In this document: in pieces, positions 35,061 to 52,678 of the stretch | How positions within the stretch are numbered: the first letter of the stretch is position 1 | Layout: each line of letters starts with the position of its first letter | Source: the human T2T-CHM13v2.0 reference genome, Homo sapiens | NCBI RefSeq assembly: GCF_009914755.1 | Contig: NC_060934.1 | DNA length: 64,000 bases | Strand: one strand, 5' to 3' | The notes under the pieces: model-generated | What the model saw: the letters and a program-made list of their open reading frames with translations, nothing else | The model's database searches: none | What the model was told of the DNA's origin: nothing | Program-made: the position numbers and the translations under genes

Positions 35061-36700
35061 CATTGATTTAGAATATGTTCCTTTAAAATGGTTTAATGAA
35101 GCCAGTAATCAGTTAAAAAAATCAACAAAAACTTCCCATAATGTGCAATTAAGGAATACACACATAAATGACTCATGAGGCAAATAAAATGGAAATTATA
35201 AAGTATTTTAAATAGAATTATTATAAAATAAAACACATGAAAACTTGTATAGCAAGGCTTAAGCTGTTCTTGGAAGGAAATATGTAGAATTACAGGCATA
35301 CATTAAAAAAACAAGACTAAGATTCAAGTCTATGAAGTTCAGGACTTTTAAAACGCTATGGTCAAGTAAGATCCGCAAGTCCTCTCCCCAAAAGGTAGCC
35401 ATAAAGTTGACAAAAAATATGTCATCACTCTGTAATTCTACTAAAGTCATGAAACAATCTGAGCTTAGTGTAAGAACATGGGAGTCTATAGTATTTAGGC
35501 CTGGGTCAGGGGCTTCTCCCATCATCCACCTTCCCAGTTGCTGATGTGGAGGTTCTCCCAGGGTGGGGCAGGCTATGAAGACCAACAGCTTCTCTGACAC
35601 AGTTGGAAGCAACTAACTCTATTTGGGGCAGTGACTAACGCCCATGTTCAATGGAAGTGACTTATCTGAGGCAAACAAGTGGGAAGGCCGATGGCTCCAC
35701 TCTTTTAACCTGAGGTTTGTAGTCCTCACTGGGACAAGCTTACTCCTGGCTGAGTCCACATGTCCTCACTGGAGACAGAGAACCTCCAAACTAGTTTCAC
35801 ACTAGTAGCTTACTTTGTAGCTGCACACATGGCATAAGACTCAAAAGGAACTGGAGGACAATAAAACCCAGGGCAGACTGAAAACATTCTGGATTTGTAA
35901 AGTCTTGAATTTAGGATATGCAAGTAACTCCTACAGCTCAATAATAATAAAATAAACAGTGAAATTAAAATATGGGTAAAATATTTGAATAGCTGGTTTT
36001 TCAAATGATATATAGAAATGGCTAATAAGCACATAAAAAGATACCTATCATTAATTATTAGAGAAATGAACATATAAGTCACAATGCGCTATTACTACAC
36101 ACCTACTCGAATGGATATAATCAAAGATAAAGTTAATTCAAAGTATTGGTAAGAATGTGGAGAAACTGAAACCCTTGTGCATTTTTTAAGGGAATAAAAT
36201 AGTACAGAAATTTTGTAAAATAATTTGATGGTGTCTTAAAAACTTAAAAATAAACTTATTATATGACCCAGTATTTGTACTCCTAGTAATCTACCAAAGA
36301 GTAATGAAAACATATGTTCATGCAAAGACATATTCATCACTATTTGGAGCCGTATTTATCATTAATTTGTATGATGTTTGTAATTTATGCATTTTTTTTC
36401 TTGAGACACCTCTAGGAGACTAATCAAGAGAAAAGAAAATGGCACAAATTACAAATATCAGGAATGAATAAGGGGATAAAAAATTCAGATTCTATATCCA
36501 TTAGAAGGAGGATATTATGAATGTGACAATAAATTTGAAAAGTTGGATGAAACATTCAATTTTTCTTTAAAAAGCAACTCACTACAACTGACACAAAAAT
36601 AGAAAATCTGATTATTAATATATCTGATAAAGATATTGAATTCTTAATTAAAATCTTTTCAGAAGAACTCTTTAAGCCCATATGGCTTAACTGGATAATT

Positions 36701-36962
36701 CTTTCAACATTTAACCATAACGTTTGACATTAGCTATAATATTTTGTTAAAAGCTCTTAATATATTCAAAAATTTCCCTTCCACTTACTGAACTGATTTT
36801 GAATGCTGAACCAATCGCATCCTATGCATGAGCCCAAATTGGCTGTGATAAATTATGTTTTTAGATTTCATCTTTACATTCAACTTGCTAATATTTCGTT
36901 TAGAGTTTTTATTTTTCTTATGAGTGAGATTAATCTGTATTTCTTCTCATACAATCACTGTT
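36701..36962. repeat. Inverted templated copy of 37088-37353
   Basis: About 262-bp reverse-complement match, roughly 10% diverged with small indels. Confidence 0.85.
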
Positions 36963-38509
36963 TTTTTACATAAACATGCAAATTAGAAGCAACAACGATC
37001 TTTCATAAACTTTTCAAGATAAGAGAAAAAGTGAGTATGGTTTCCAACTCATTTTATGCTGCAAGCATAATCTTGACTCAAAAACGTAACAGTGATTTTA
37101 TAAGTAAAAAAAATACAGATTAATCTCATAAGAAAAATACAAACTCTAAACAAAATATTAGCAAGTTGAATCTAAAGATGAAATTGAAATCTAAAAACAT
37201 AATTTATCACAGCCAATTTGGGTTTATGCATGGAATGCAAGTTTGGGTCAGCATTCAAAATCAATTCTATAAGTGGAAGGAAAATTTCTGAATATATTAA
37301 GAGCTGTTAACAAAATATAGCTAATGCCAAACATTATGGTCAAATGTTGAAAGGCTCATCCCTGAGTTCAGGAACAAGACACAAAGGCTGGCTATCACCA
37401 TTTGTATTTGATAGGTAAAGCTCTGGCCAATTCAACAGTGGAGTAAATGAAATATATAAGAAGATTGGAACTTAAGAAATAAAACTATATCAGATGACAT
37501 GATCATTTTGTAAAAAAGTCTCAAGTATTTATAGAAAAACATTAGTATTAATAAGTGAATTAAGAAAGAAAGCAAGAAACAGTTGATATTAAAAATTGTA
37601 TTACAATATACAGCAACGAGCATTTAGAAAATGAAATTTTAAAAATATCATTTAAAACAGCATCATAAAACATCAAATGCTGAGGAATAAATCTAAGGAG
37701 TGGTATAAAAGTTCTCTACAGTGAAAAGTATAAAAAAGTTGAGAGAATTTAAATAGGTTTAAATAAAGGGAGCAATATATTGTATTCAAGTATTGGAAGA
37801 TGTAATAACATAAAAATGAGGGTTCTCTTCTACAGATTAAAAAAAGAAAATAGCCTATGTATTCAGCTTCCAGTTTGAGGTTACATGGAGTAAACACACT
37901 CCATGCCATCTCTCTCACTAAATAACTACAAGAATAAAGGAAGAGTAACAAAAATGGTAAATATCTGGGTAACTATAATATATTATGCATTCCCTATTGA
38001 GTTCTTTCATATTTGTCCATTAAAGATGAAAAATGAATACATTGTCTCAAGGAGTTTTCAATGTATATAGATGTAATATACAAGACAAATGTAACACTAA
38101 CAGAAGAAGTTTCTACATTCCACCTAAGTGATAAAATATTGATTCTAAGTAGATTGTTAAAAGTTATGGCTGTATTTTGAAATCCCTGGAGCAACAGCTA
38201 AAAAATCTATATAAAGAAATATAATAAAAGACAGAACAGATAAATTAAAATCAAATACTGAAAAATATTCAAATGACCAAAAGAAGGCAGGAATGAATAA
38301 ACAGAGGAAGAACAACAACAAAAACAACAACAAACTAATAAAATGGTAGGCTTGAGCCTAAACATGTCAATTCTACTAACTATTAATGGTATAAATGCAT
38401 CAATTAAAAGACAGAGATCATCAGAACTGATTAAAATATGATATGACAAAATATAGAAACTCACAGGAAGTATAATGATATAGATAAGTTAAAATAAAAG
38501 AAAAACAAT

Positions 38510-39112
38510 GTTGGTGAGAATGTAAGTTAGTACAACCACTATGGAAAACAGTTTGTAGGTTCCTCAAAAAACTAAAACTAGAGCCACCATACAATCCAGC
38601 AATCCTACTCCTAGGTATACACCCAAAAGAAAGGAAAACAGTATATAGAAGAGATATCTTCACTCCTTTGTTTATGGCAGCACTATTCACAATAGTCAGG
38701 ATTTGAAAGCAATGTAAATGTCCATCAACAGATGAATGGATAAAGAAAATGAGATATATATCCACAATAAAGTAGTATTCAGCCGTAAGAAAGAATGAAA
38801 TCCTGTCATTTGCAACAACATGGATGTAACTGGAGGAAGTGAAATAAGCCAGACACAGAAAGACAAACTTCACATGTTCTCACTTATTTGTGGGAGCTAA
38901 AAATTAAAACAACTGAACTCATGAAGAAAAAGAGTAGAAGTATGGTTACCAGAGGCTAGAAAGGATAGTGGATGTGAAGGGGTGAAGTGGGGATGATAAA
39001 TAGGTACAAAAAAGATAATTAGAAAGAATGAATAATACCTAGTGTTTGCTAGAAAAACAGGGTGATTATAGTCAAAAATAATTTAATTCTACATTTTAAA
39101 TAACTAAAAGAG
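38510..39112 (+). mobile_element. L1MA-type 3' end (continues 45282-45440 after the L1PA5 insertion)
   Basis: ...taactaaaagag|tataattggattgtttgtaa...gatggataccccattt reads through the insertion. Confidence 0.8.
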
Positions 39113-40138
39113 GGGGCAGATCCAAGATGGCCAAATAGGAACAGCTCCAGTCTACAGCCCCCAGCGTGAGTGACACAGAAGACGGGTGATTTCTGCATTT
39201 CCAACTGAGGTACCAGGTTCGTCTCACTGGGGCTTGTCAGACAGTTGGTGCAGGACAGTGGGTGCAGTGCACTGAGCATGAGCTGAAGCAGGGCAAGGCA
39301 TTCCCTCATCCGGGAGGTGCAAGGGGTCAGGGAATTCCCTTTCATAGCCAAGCAAAGCTGTGACAGATGGCACCTGGAAAATTGGGTCACTCCCACCCTA
39401 ATACTGTGCTTTTCCAATGGTCTTAGCAAACAGCACACCAGGAGATTATATCCCGTGCCTGGCTCGGAGGGTCCCATGACCACGGAGCCCCGCTCATTGC
39501 TAGCACAGCAGTCTGAGATCAAACTGCAAGGTGGCAGCGAGGCTGGGGGAGGGGCGCCCGCCATTGCCGAGGCTTGAGTAGGTAAACAAAGTGGTGGGAA
39601 CCTCAAACTGGGTGAAGCCCACCACAGCTCAAGGAGGCCTGCCTGCCTCTGTAGACTCCACCTCTGGGGGCAGGGCATAGCTGAACAAAAGGCAGCAGAA
39701 ACCTCTGCAGACTTAAATATCCCTGTCTGACAGCTTTGAAGAGAGTAGTGGTTCTCCCAGCACGGAGTTTGAGATCTGAGAATAGACAGACTGCCTCCTC
39801 AAGTGGGTCCCTGACCCCCAAGTAGCCTATCTGGGAGGCACCCCCCAGTAGGTGCAGACTGACATCTCACACAGCGGGGTACCCCTCTGAGATGAAACCT
39901 CCAGAGGAACGATCAGAGAGCAACATTTGCTGTTCAGCAATATTTGCTGTTCTGCAGCCTCCACTGCTGATACCCAGACAAACAGGGTCTGGAGTGGACC
40001 TCCAGCAAACTCCAACAGACCTGCAGCTGAGGGTACTTACTGTTAAAACGAAAACTAACAAACAGAAGGGACATCCACACCAAAACCCCATTTGTACGTC
40101 ACCATCATCAAAGACCAAAGGTAGATAAAACCACAAAG
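39113..40138 (+). promoter_or_regulatory. L1 5'UTR internal Pol II promoter (CpG-decayed)
   Basis: YY1 site caagatggcc at the 5' end. Length of about 1026 bp is consistent with retaining the ~129-bp segment (ZNF93 target) lost in the youngest L1PA. Confidence 0.75.
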
Positions 40139-41155
40139 ATGGGGAAAAAACAGAACAGAAAAGCTGAAAATTCTAAAAATCAGAGTGCCTCTCCTCCTCC
40201 AAAGGAATGCAGCTCCTCACCAGCAACAGAACAAAGCTGGATGGAGAATGACTTTGACAAGTTGAGAGGAGAAGGCTTCAGACGATCAAACTTCTCTGAG
40301 CTAAAAGAGGAAGTTTGAACTCATCGCAAAGAAGTTAAAAACCTTGAAAAAAGATTAGACGAATGGCTATCTAGAATAACCAATGCAGAGAAGTCCTTAA
40401 AGGACCTGATGGAGCTGAAAACTGTGGCATGAGAACTAGGTGATGAATGCACAAGCTTCAGTAGCCAATTCGATCAACTGGAAGAAAGGGTATCAGTGAT
40501 GGAAGATCAAATGAATCAAACGAAGTGAGAAGAGAAGTTTAGAGAAAAAAGAATAAAAGGAAACAAACTAAGCCTCCAAGAAATATGGGACTATGTGAAA
40601 AGACCAAATCTACATCTGATTGGTGTACCTGAAAGTGACAGGGAGAATGGAACCAAGTTGGAAAACACCCTTCAGGATATTATCCAGGAGAACTTCCCCA
40701 ACCTAGCAAGGCAGGCGAACATTCAAATTCAGGAAATACAGAGAATGCCACAAAGATACTCCTTGAGAAGAGCAACACCAAGACACATAATTGTCAGATT
40801 CACCAAAGTTGAAATGAAGGAAAAAATGTTAAGGGCAGCCAGAGAGAAAGGTCGGGTTACCCACAAAGGAAAGCCCATCAGACTAACAGCTGATCTCTCA
40901 GCAGAAATTCTACAAGCCAGAAGAATGTGGGGGACAATATTCAACATTCTTAAAGAAAAGAATTTTCAACCCAGAATTTCGTATCCAGCCAAACTAAGCT
41001 TCAAAAGTGAAGGAGAAATAAAATACTTTACAGGCAAGCAAATGCTGAGAGATTTTGTCACCACCAGCCCTGCCCTAAAAGAGGTCCTGAAGGAAGCACT
41101 AAATATGGAAAGGAACAAACGGTACCAGCCACTGCAAAAACATGCCAAATTGTAA
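40139..41155 (+). pseudogene. ORF1: L1 ORF1, disrupted
   Basis: In-frame stops upstream. The open C-terminal part 40595..41155 matches ORF1p. Confidence 0.9.
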
Positions 41156-41218
41156 AGACCATCCATGCTAGGAATAAACTGCATCAACTAACGAGCAAAA
41201 TAACCAGCTAACATCATA

Positions 41219-45062
<3,844 letters not shown>

Positions 45063-45634
45063 ACAATGAGAACACTTGGACACAGTAAGGGGAACATCAC
45101 ACCAGGGCCTGTTGTGGGGTGGGGGGAGGGGGGAAGGATAGCATTAGGAGATATACCTAATGTAAATGACGAGTTAATGGGTGCAGCACACCAACATGGC
45201 AAATGTATACATATGTAACAAACCTGCACGTTGTGCAGCTGTACCCTAGAACTTAAAGTATAAAAAAAAAAACGAAAAGAGTATAATTGGATTGTTTGTA
45301 AAACAAAGGTTAAATGCTTGAGGTGATGGATACCCCATTTACACTTATGTGATGATTATACATTGCATGCTTGTGTCACAAATACCCCATAAATATGTAT
45401 ACCTACTGTGTACCCACAAACATAAAACAAAAATTTTTAAAACGTACCTTGAAAACACTAATCAAAATAAAGCTTGAGTGTCTATATTAATATCAGACAA
45501 AGTAAAATTTAGAACAAATAAAAATTAGCAAGGGTAAAGATGAATAATACACAATGATGAAAGGGGTTAATTTATGAAGAAGACAACAATTCCATATAGA
45601 TATACAACTAACCACAGAGCTTTAAAATGGACCA

Positions 45635-45766
45635 TTATGACTTGAATTGTTTTCCTAAAAAAATGTGTTCAGTGAGCTCTGATCTAATTCTAATAGTGTC
45701 TTCATAAGAGAAGAATATATACAGGCAGGAAGACCACCACATGATGACAGAGATGGCGTTTGGAGT
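45635..45766 (+). mobile_element. Truncated MLT1B/C-like LTR fragment
   Basis: ttgaattgttttcctaaaaaa...gtgtcttcataagagaag...ttggagtgat, then broken by the 199-bp duplication. Confidence 0.55.
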
Positions 45767-45965
45767 GATTCTACCAGTCAGATGCCCCCATGTGAGACTG
45801 ACCCACAAGTTTGTGACACAGTGTAGCAGATGCCATACAGACTCCACTCTGGCAGGTGGTATAAGAGAGGTCCCAGTACAGCAGTGATATTTCAACTGTG
45901 GGCAATGCCCCAAGATGGAGGAGGGGAGGATGAGCTCCATGGTCATAAAGTTAGGAATATGCAAG
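45767..45965 (+). repeat. 199-bp dispersed direct duplication of 53007-53205
   Basis: Ungapped match with 6 mismatches, offset 7240 bp. Confidence 0.95.
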
Positions 45966-46630
45966 AATATTTCATTTTAAGTCAGAGACTAGATGACTTT
46001 GGCATAGCATAATAATAACAATTATCATCATTATCATCAAAAACAGAATGAACAGATGAGCCTCATAATGGGAAAAAATATTGACAAACTATGGATCCAA
46101 TAGGTGACTAATATCAAGAATCTACAAGGAACACAAACAACTCAACAAAAAGAAAACAACCCCATTGAAAAGTGGGCAAGGTACATGAATAGACATTTCT
46201 CAAAAGAAGATAAACTAATGGCCAAGAAGCATATGAAAAAAATGCTCAACATCACTAATCATCAGAGAAATGCAAATTAAAGCCACAATGAGTTATCATC
46301 TTATGTCATCAGAATGGCTATTATTAAAAAGAAAAAAAAAACAGACATTGGTATGGATGTGGAGAAAAGGGAACACTTACACACTGTTCTTGGGCATGTA
46401 ATTTAGTACAACCTCTATGGAAAACAGTATGAAGATTTATCAAAGGACTAAAAATAGAACTACCATTTGATCCAACAATTCCACTATTGGGTATCTACCC
46501 AAAGGAAAAAAAATTATCATGTCAAAAAGATACTGCACATGTATGTTTATCACAGCACTATTCACAATAGTCAACATATGGAATCAACCTGTGTTCATAA
46601 ATAGGTTACTGGATAAAGAAAATGTTATAT

Positions 46631-46987
46631 GCAACCATTAAAAGGAAAGAAGTCATGTCTTTTGTGAGAACGTGGATAGAGCCGGAGGCTATTGTCCTTA
46701 GAAACTAATGCAGAAAGAAGAAACTAAATACTGCATGTTTTCACTTATAATTGGGAGCTAAATGATAAGAACTTATGAACACAAAGAAGGAAACAACAGA
46801 CACGGGTCTACTTGAGGGTGGAAGGTGGGCGGAGGGAAAGGAGCAGAAAAGATAACTATTGCGTACTGGGCTTAATACCTGGATGATGAAATAATTTGTA
46901 CAACACACCCTCATGACACAAGTTTACCTATGTGACAAAACTGCACAAACTTGCACTTGTACCACCAAACCTAAAATAAAAGTTAAA
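46631..46987 (+). mobile_element. Short 3' fragment of older L1PA (about PA13-16)
   Basis: 3'UTR aaggaaacaacagacac...gagcagaaaagataactatt. TSD aaa[g/t]aaaatg[t/a]tatat at 46615-46630 and 46988-47003. Confidence 0.75.
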
Positions 46988-47191
46988 AAATAAAATGATA
47001 TATATATAATATATATATATTCATTCATATATATGTTCATTCAATATATATTCATATATATAATATACATGAATATATATATAATATATACTTTGCCCAC
47101 TTTTAAATGGAGTTATTTGTTTTCTTTTCATGGAATTGAGTTCCTTGTAGATTCTTGATATTAGTCAACTATTGGATCCATAGTTTGCAAA

Positions 47192-48757
47192 GAGATATAT
47201 ATATTATATAATATAATTATATAATTATATATCATATATAATTATATATGATATATAATGTATAATATATACATTATACATATAATTATGTATAATATAA
47301 TATATAATATATTATCATATATACTAATGTATCATATAATAATATATAATATGTATAATATATATTATATATAATATGTAATATGTAATATATTACATAT
47401 ATAATATGTAATATATTACATATATAATATGTAATATATTACATATATAATATGTAATATATTACATATAATATGTAATATGTAATATATTACATATAAT
47501 ATGTAATATGTAATATATTACATATAATATGTAATATGTAATATATTACATATAATATGTAATATGTAATATATTACATATATAATATGTAATATGTAAT
47601 ATATTACATATATAATATGTAATATGTAATATATTACATATATAATATGTAATATATATAACATATAACATATATATTATATATAACATATAACATATTA
47701 TATATTATATATAACATAATATATAACATATATATTATATATAACATAATATATAACATATTATATGATATATAACAATATATAACACATATTTTATAAC
47801 ACATTATATATTATAATATATATTATATTATGTTATATTATAACACATATATATTATATAATATGTGTTATATATTATGTTATATTTATATATTTATAAA
47901 TATAATATAATATAATATAATACATAATATATAATGTTTATATAATTATATAATATATAAATATAATATATGTAATATATTATATAGATTATATTATATA
48001 TAATAATTATATATTATATAATATATATTATATATTATATAATATATATAATAATTATACATATTTTATATATATAATAATGTAATATAATATATTATAT
48101 ATAATAATTGTATATAATAATTATATATATTTATATATGAAATAATATAATATAATACATTATATATTATAATGATATATTTTTATATATAATAATATAT
48201 CATATATAATAATTATATATATTTTATATATAATAAAATATAATATATTATATATAATTATATGTACTTTATATATAATAATATAATATAATATATTATA
48301 TATAATAATTAAATATTTTATATATATAATAATTAATATAATATATTATATATAATAATTATATATATTATATATAATAATATAATATAACATATTATAT
48401 ATAATAATTATATATAATATATAATAATATAATATCTATAATATATTAATAATATATGATATAATATCTATAATATATTAATAATATATTATATAATATC
48501 TATAATATATTAATAATATATTATATAATATCTATAATATATTAATAATATATTATAATATAATATCATAATATATTAATAATATATCATAATATATAAA
48601 TAATATATTATATCATAATATATTAATAATATGTTATGATATATATAACATATTAATAATATATTATAATATATATAAATATAATATATTATAATATAAT
48701 ATAATAATATATTAATAATATATTATAATATAATGATTTATTAATAATATATATCTA
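47192..48757. repeat. About 1.55-kb AT-rich low-complexity/minisatellite expansion
   Basis: Nearly pure A/T. Tandem ~30-bp units (ataatatgtaatatgtaatatattacatat) contain the perfect palindrome atgtaatatattacat. Confidence 0.95.
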
Positions 48758-49598
48758 TTTGCAAACTATGGATCCAATGAATCTACAAGGAACTCAACTC
48801 AATGAAAAGAAAACAAATAACTCCGTTTAAAAGTGGGCAAAGTACACGAATAGACATTTCTCAAAAGAAGATATAGAAATGACCAACAGCATATGAAAAA
48901 AAATACTCAACATCACTAATCATCAGGGACATGCAAATTAAAGCCACAGTGAACTATCATCTTATGCCATATGACTGTATGTGTATACAAACACATACAC
49001 ACACACACACACAAACACCATAGAATATTCTTCAGCCATAAGAAAGAGAATGAAATCATTCCTTTTGCAGAACATGGTGGAACTGGAGGCCACCATCTTA
49101 ATTGAAACAACTCAGAAACAAAGTCAAATGCTGCAAGTTTTCATTTATAATTGGAAGCTAAATAATGTGCACACAAGAACATAGAGAGTAAAATAGACAT
49201 TGGAGACTTGGAAGGGTGGAGTGTGGGAAGGGGTTGAGGGGTGAGAATTTACTTACTGTGTACAATGTACATTATTTGGGTGATGGTTACACTAAAAGCC
49301 CAGACTTCACTACATAATATATCTGTGTAACAAACTGCATTTGTACCCCTTAAATTTATATAAAAAAAATTAAAAGTCCTGAAGCATAGATCTGCTGCAG
49401 TTCTCTGTTGCTAGAAAATTAATCATTAATTGATCTAGTCTTGCAGTAAAGAAGAATGTGCTGGGATGATTCACATTCATCACTTGTGCTGGATGAGCAA
49501 ACAAGACCACATTCAGAGAATTCACATCAGACAGGTAGGTTAGGGGATGGGGAGAGGAAGGAAGTTATTTTCAGAAATAGGAAAATGGCAAAGGCAAG

Positions 49599-51988
49599 TG
49601 TATAAGTCTGTTCTCCCACTGCTAATAAAGACGTAGACAAGACTAGGTAAGCTATAAAGGAAAGATGTTTAATGGACTCACAGTTCCACATGGCAGGGGA
49701 GGCCTCACGATACTGGCAGAAGGCAAAGGAGAAGTAAAGTCATGTCTTACATGGCACCAGGCAAGTTAGCTTCTGCAGGGGAACTCCCCTTTATAAACCC
49801 ATTAGATCTCATGAGACATATTCACTATCATGACAACAGCATGGGAAACCCACCCCCATGATTCAATTATCTCTCACTGAGTCCCTCCCAGGACACATGG
49901 GAATTATGGGAGCTATAATTCAAGATGAGACTTGGGTGGGAACACAGCCAAACCATATCATTCTTCCTCTGGCCCCTCCAAAATCTCATGTCATCACATT
50001 TAAAAACCAATCATGCCTTCCCAACAGTCCCCCAAACTCTTAACTCATTTCAGCATTAAGTCAAAAGTCCACAGTCCAAAGTCTCATTTGGAACAAGGCA
50101 AGTTCCTTCCACCTACGAGCCCGTAAAATCAAAAACAAGTTAGTTGCTTCCTAGATACAATGGGGATACAGGAATTGGGTAAATACACACATTCAAAATT
50201 GGAGAAATTGGCCAAAATGAAGGGGCTACAGGCCCCATGCACGTCCAAAATCCAGTGGGGCAGTCAAATCTTAAAGCTCCAAAATGATCTCCTTTGACTC
50301 CATGTCTCATATCCAGGTCATGCTGATGTAAGAGGTAGGTTCCCATGGTCTTCGTCAGCTCCACTCCTGTGGCTTTGCAGGGTACAGTCCCCCTCCTGGA
50401 TGTTTTCACAGGCTAGTGATGAGTGTGGCTTTTCCAGGTGCACAGGGCAAGCTGTTGGTCGATCTACCATTTTGGGGTCTGCAGAATGGTGGCCCTCTTC
50501 TCATAGCTCCTTTAGGCAGTGTCCCACTGATGACTGTGTATGGGGGCTCCAACCCTACATTTCCTTTCTGCACTGCCCTAGCAGAGGTTCTTCATAAGGG
50601 CTCTGCCCCTGCAGCACACCTCTGCCTGGACATCCAGGCATTTCTATACATCCTGTGAAATCTATACAGAGGTTCCCAAACCTCAATTCTTGACTTTTGT
50701 GTACTTGCAGGCCCAACACCACATGTAAGCCACCAAGGCTTGGGGCTTGCACCCTCTGAAGCAACAGCCTGAGCTGTACATTGGCCCCTTTTAGCCACAG
50801 CTGAGACACAGGGCAACAAATCTAGAGACTGCACAAAGCAGCAAGGCCCTGGGCCCAGCCCACAAAACCGTTAGTTCATCCTAGGTCTCTTGGCCTATGA
50901 TGGGAGGGGCTGCCATGAAGACCTCTGACATGCCCTGGAGACATTTTCCCCATTGTCTTGAGGATTAACATTTGGCTCCTCATTATTTAAAATTGTTTTT
51001 TCTTTTCTATTGCATCTTTGAGCTGCAAATTTTCTGAAAGTTTATGCTCTGCTTCCCTTTTAATCATGTTTCAATTCCAAATGATATCTTTGTGATTACA
51101 TAAAACTGAATGCTTTTAACAGCACCCAAATCACCCCTTGAATGCTTTGCTGCTTAGAAATTTCTTCTGCCAGATGCACTAAATCATCTCTCTCAAGTTC
51201 AAAGTTCCACAGATCTCTAGGGCAGGGGCAAAATGGCACCAGTCTCTACTAAAGCGTAGCAAGAGTCACCTTTGCTCCAGTTCCCAACAAGCTCTTCATC
51301 TCCATCTGAGAGCACATCAGCCTGGACTTTATTGTCTGTATCACTATCGGCATTTTGGTCAAAGCCATTCATCAAGTCTCTAGGAAGTTCCAAACTTGCC
51401 CACGTCTTCCTTTCTTCTGAGCCCTCCAAGTCTCTAGGAAGTTCCAAACTTTCTCACTTTTTCCTGTCTCCTGAACCCTCCAAGTCTCTAGGAAGTTCCA
51501 AACTTTCCCACATTTTCCTATCTTCTTCTGAGCCCTCCAAACTGTTCCAACCTCTGTGTGTTACTTAGTTCCAAAGTCACTTCCACATTTTCAGGTATCT
51601 TTACAGCAGCATCCCATTCCTGGTACCAATTTACTGTATTAGTCTGTCCTCATGCTGCTAATAAAGACATACCAGAGACTGTGTAATTTATAAAGGAAAG
51701 AGGCTTGATGGACTCACGGTTCCACACGTCTGGGGAGGCCTCACAATCATGGCGGAAGGCAAAGGAGAAGCAAAGGCATGTCTTATGTGGCAGCAGGCAA
51801 GATAGCTTGTGCAGGGGAATTCCCCTTTATAAAATCATCAGATCTCATGAGAATTATTCACTATCATCAGGAAAGACCCTCCCCCATGATGCAGTTATCT
51901 CGCATGGGGTTCTTCCTATGACAGGTGGGAATTGTGGGAGCTACAATTCAAGATGAGATTTAGGTGGGCACACAGCCAAACCATATCA
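49599..51988 (-). mobile_element. Complete THE1 (C/D-like) MaLR provirus: LTR 49599-49960, internal 49961-51634, LTR 51635-51988
   Basis: Two TG...CA LTRs ending aaccatatca flank a THE1-int sequence. 5-bp TSD gcaag/gcaac. Confidence 0.93.
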
Positions 51989-52469
51989 GCAACTTCTTGC
52001 AGCTGCCTGAATCTTCCCCTTATTCATTGTGAGCCACAGTAGCTGCTTGTTCTGTGATGGACTTGGGAAATGGTGAAGCCCTTCCCTGTATCTGGTACCT
52101 AGGAGCAAGCCATCATTTCATACTTGATGAGAACATCACCTCTTCTTTTTGGCCATCAAAGAAACATACATCTTCCAACCATGGTTGTTGGTGTCTTTCA
52201 CTCAATATTATTGTTCCTTTGAACAACCATGCATGTAGAGGCAAGTTAAACTGTACAGGGTCTTATTGCTATATTGAAGGTATTTCTTTACATTAAGTAC
52301 AAGGAAGTTTGTTGAATGATTTTGTCTTGAGTGACCTAGTCATATTTATGTTTTGCAGTGAGTACTGTGACTACAGTGTGACATCAGATTGTTGGAGCTT
52401 ATAGGAAATGTGGGGTCTTTCAGGAAGCTCTTGCAGTAGTCCAGAAAGAGTTGGTGGTGGCTCAGACTA

Positions 52470-52678
52470 GGACAGAAGACAGTAAATCCTTTCCATAAAG
52501 AACCAGTTAATACATATTTTAGGATTTATCAGCAAAAATCCTACTCAACTCTGCTGTTGTAGTGTAAAAATAGCAATAGACAACATATTAATTAATGGGT
52601 ATGGTTCAACAAAACTTTATTTACAAAAACAGCAAGTGTGCTGGATTTGGTCTGCAGACTGTAGTTTGCCAACCCCTG
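52470..52678 (+). mobile_element. MER58A-like DNA transposon within an L2 remnant
   Basis: ctactcaactctgctgttgtagtg...aaaactttatttacaaaaacagc...gtagtttgccaacccctg. Confidence 0.8.

Larger units (their letters stand above)
46040..49370 (+). mobile_element. L1PB/L1MA-type 3' fragment split by an L1PA insertion and an AT-rich expansion (L1 parts about 46040-46630 and 49015-49370)
   Basis: ggataaagaaaatg(t)...[insertions]...cacaccatagaatattcttcagccataag reads as contiguous L1 sequence. Confidence 0.7.

Noticed and set aside
39049-39678. 209-aa antisense ORF in the L1 5'UTR
   Set aside because: This is the generic antisense reading of an L1PA 5'UTR that runs off into flanking DNA. There is no evidence it is a functional product.
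47370-47660. Regular ~30-bp palindromic repeats resembling a CRISPR array
   Set aside because: No unique spacers, eukaryotic context and no cas genes. It is an AT-rich minisatellite.
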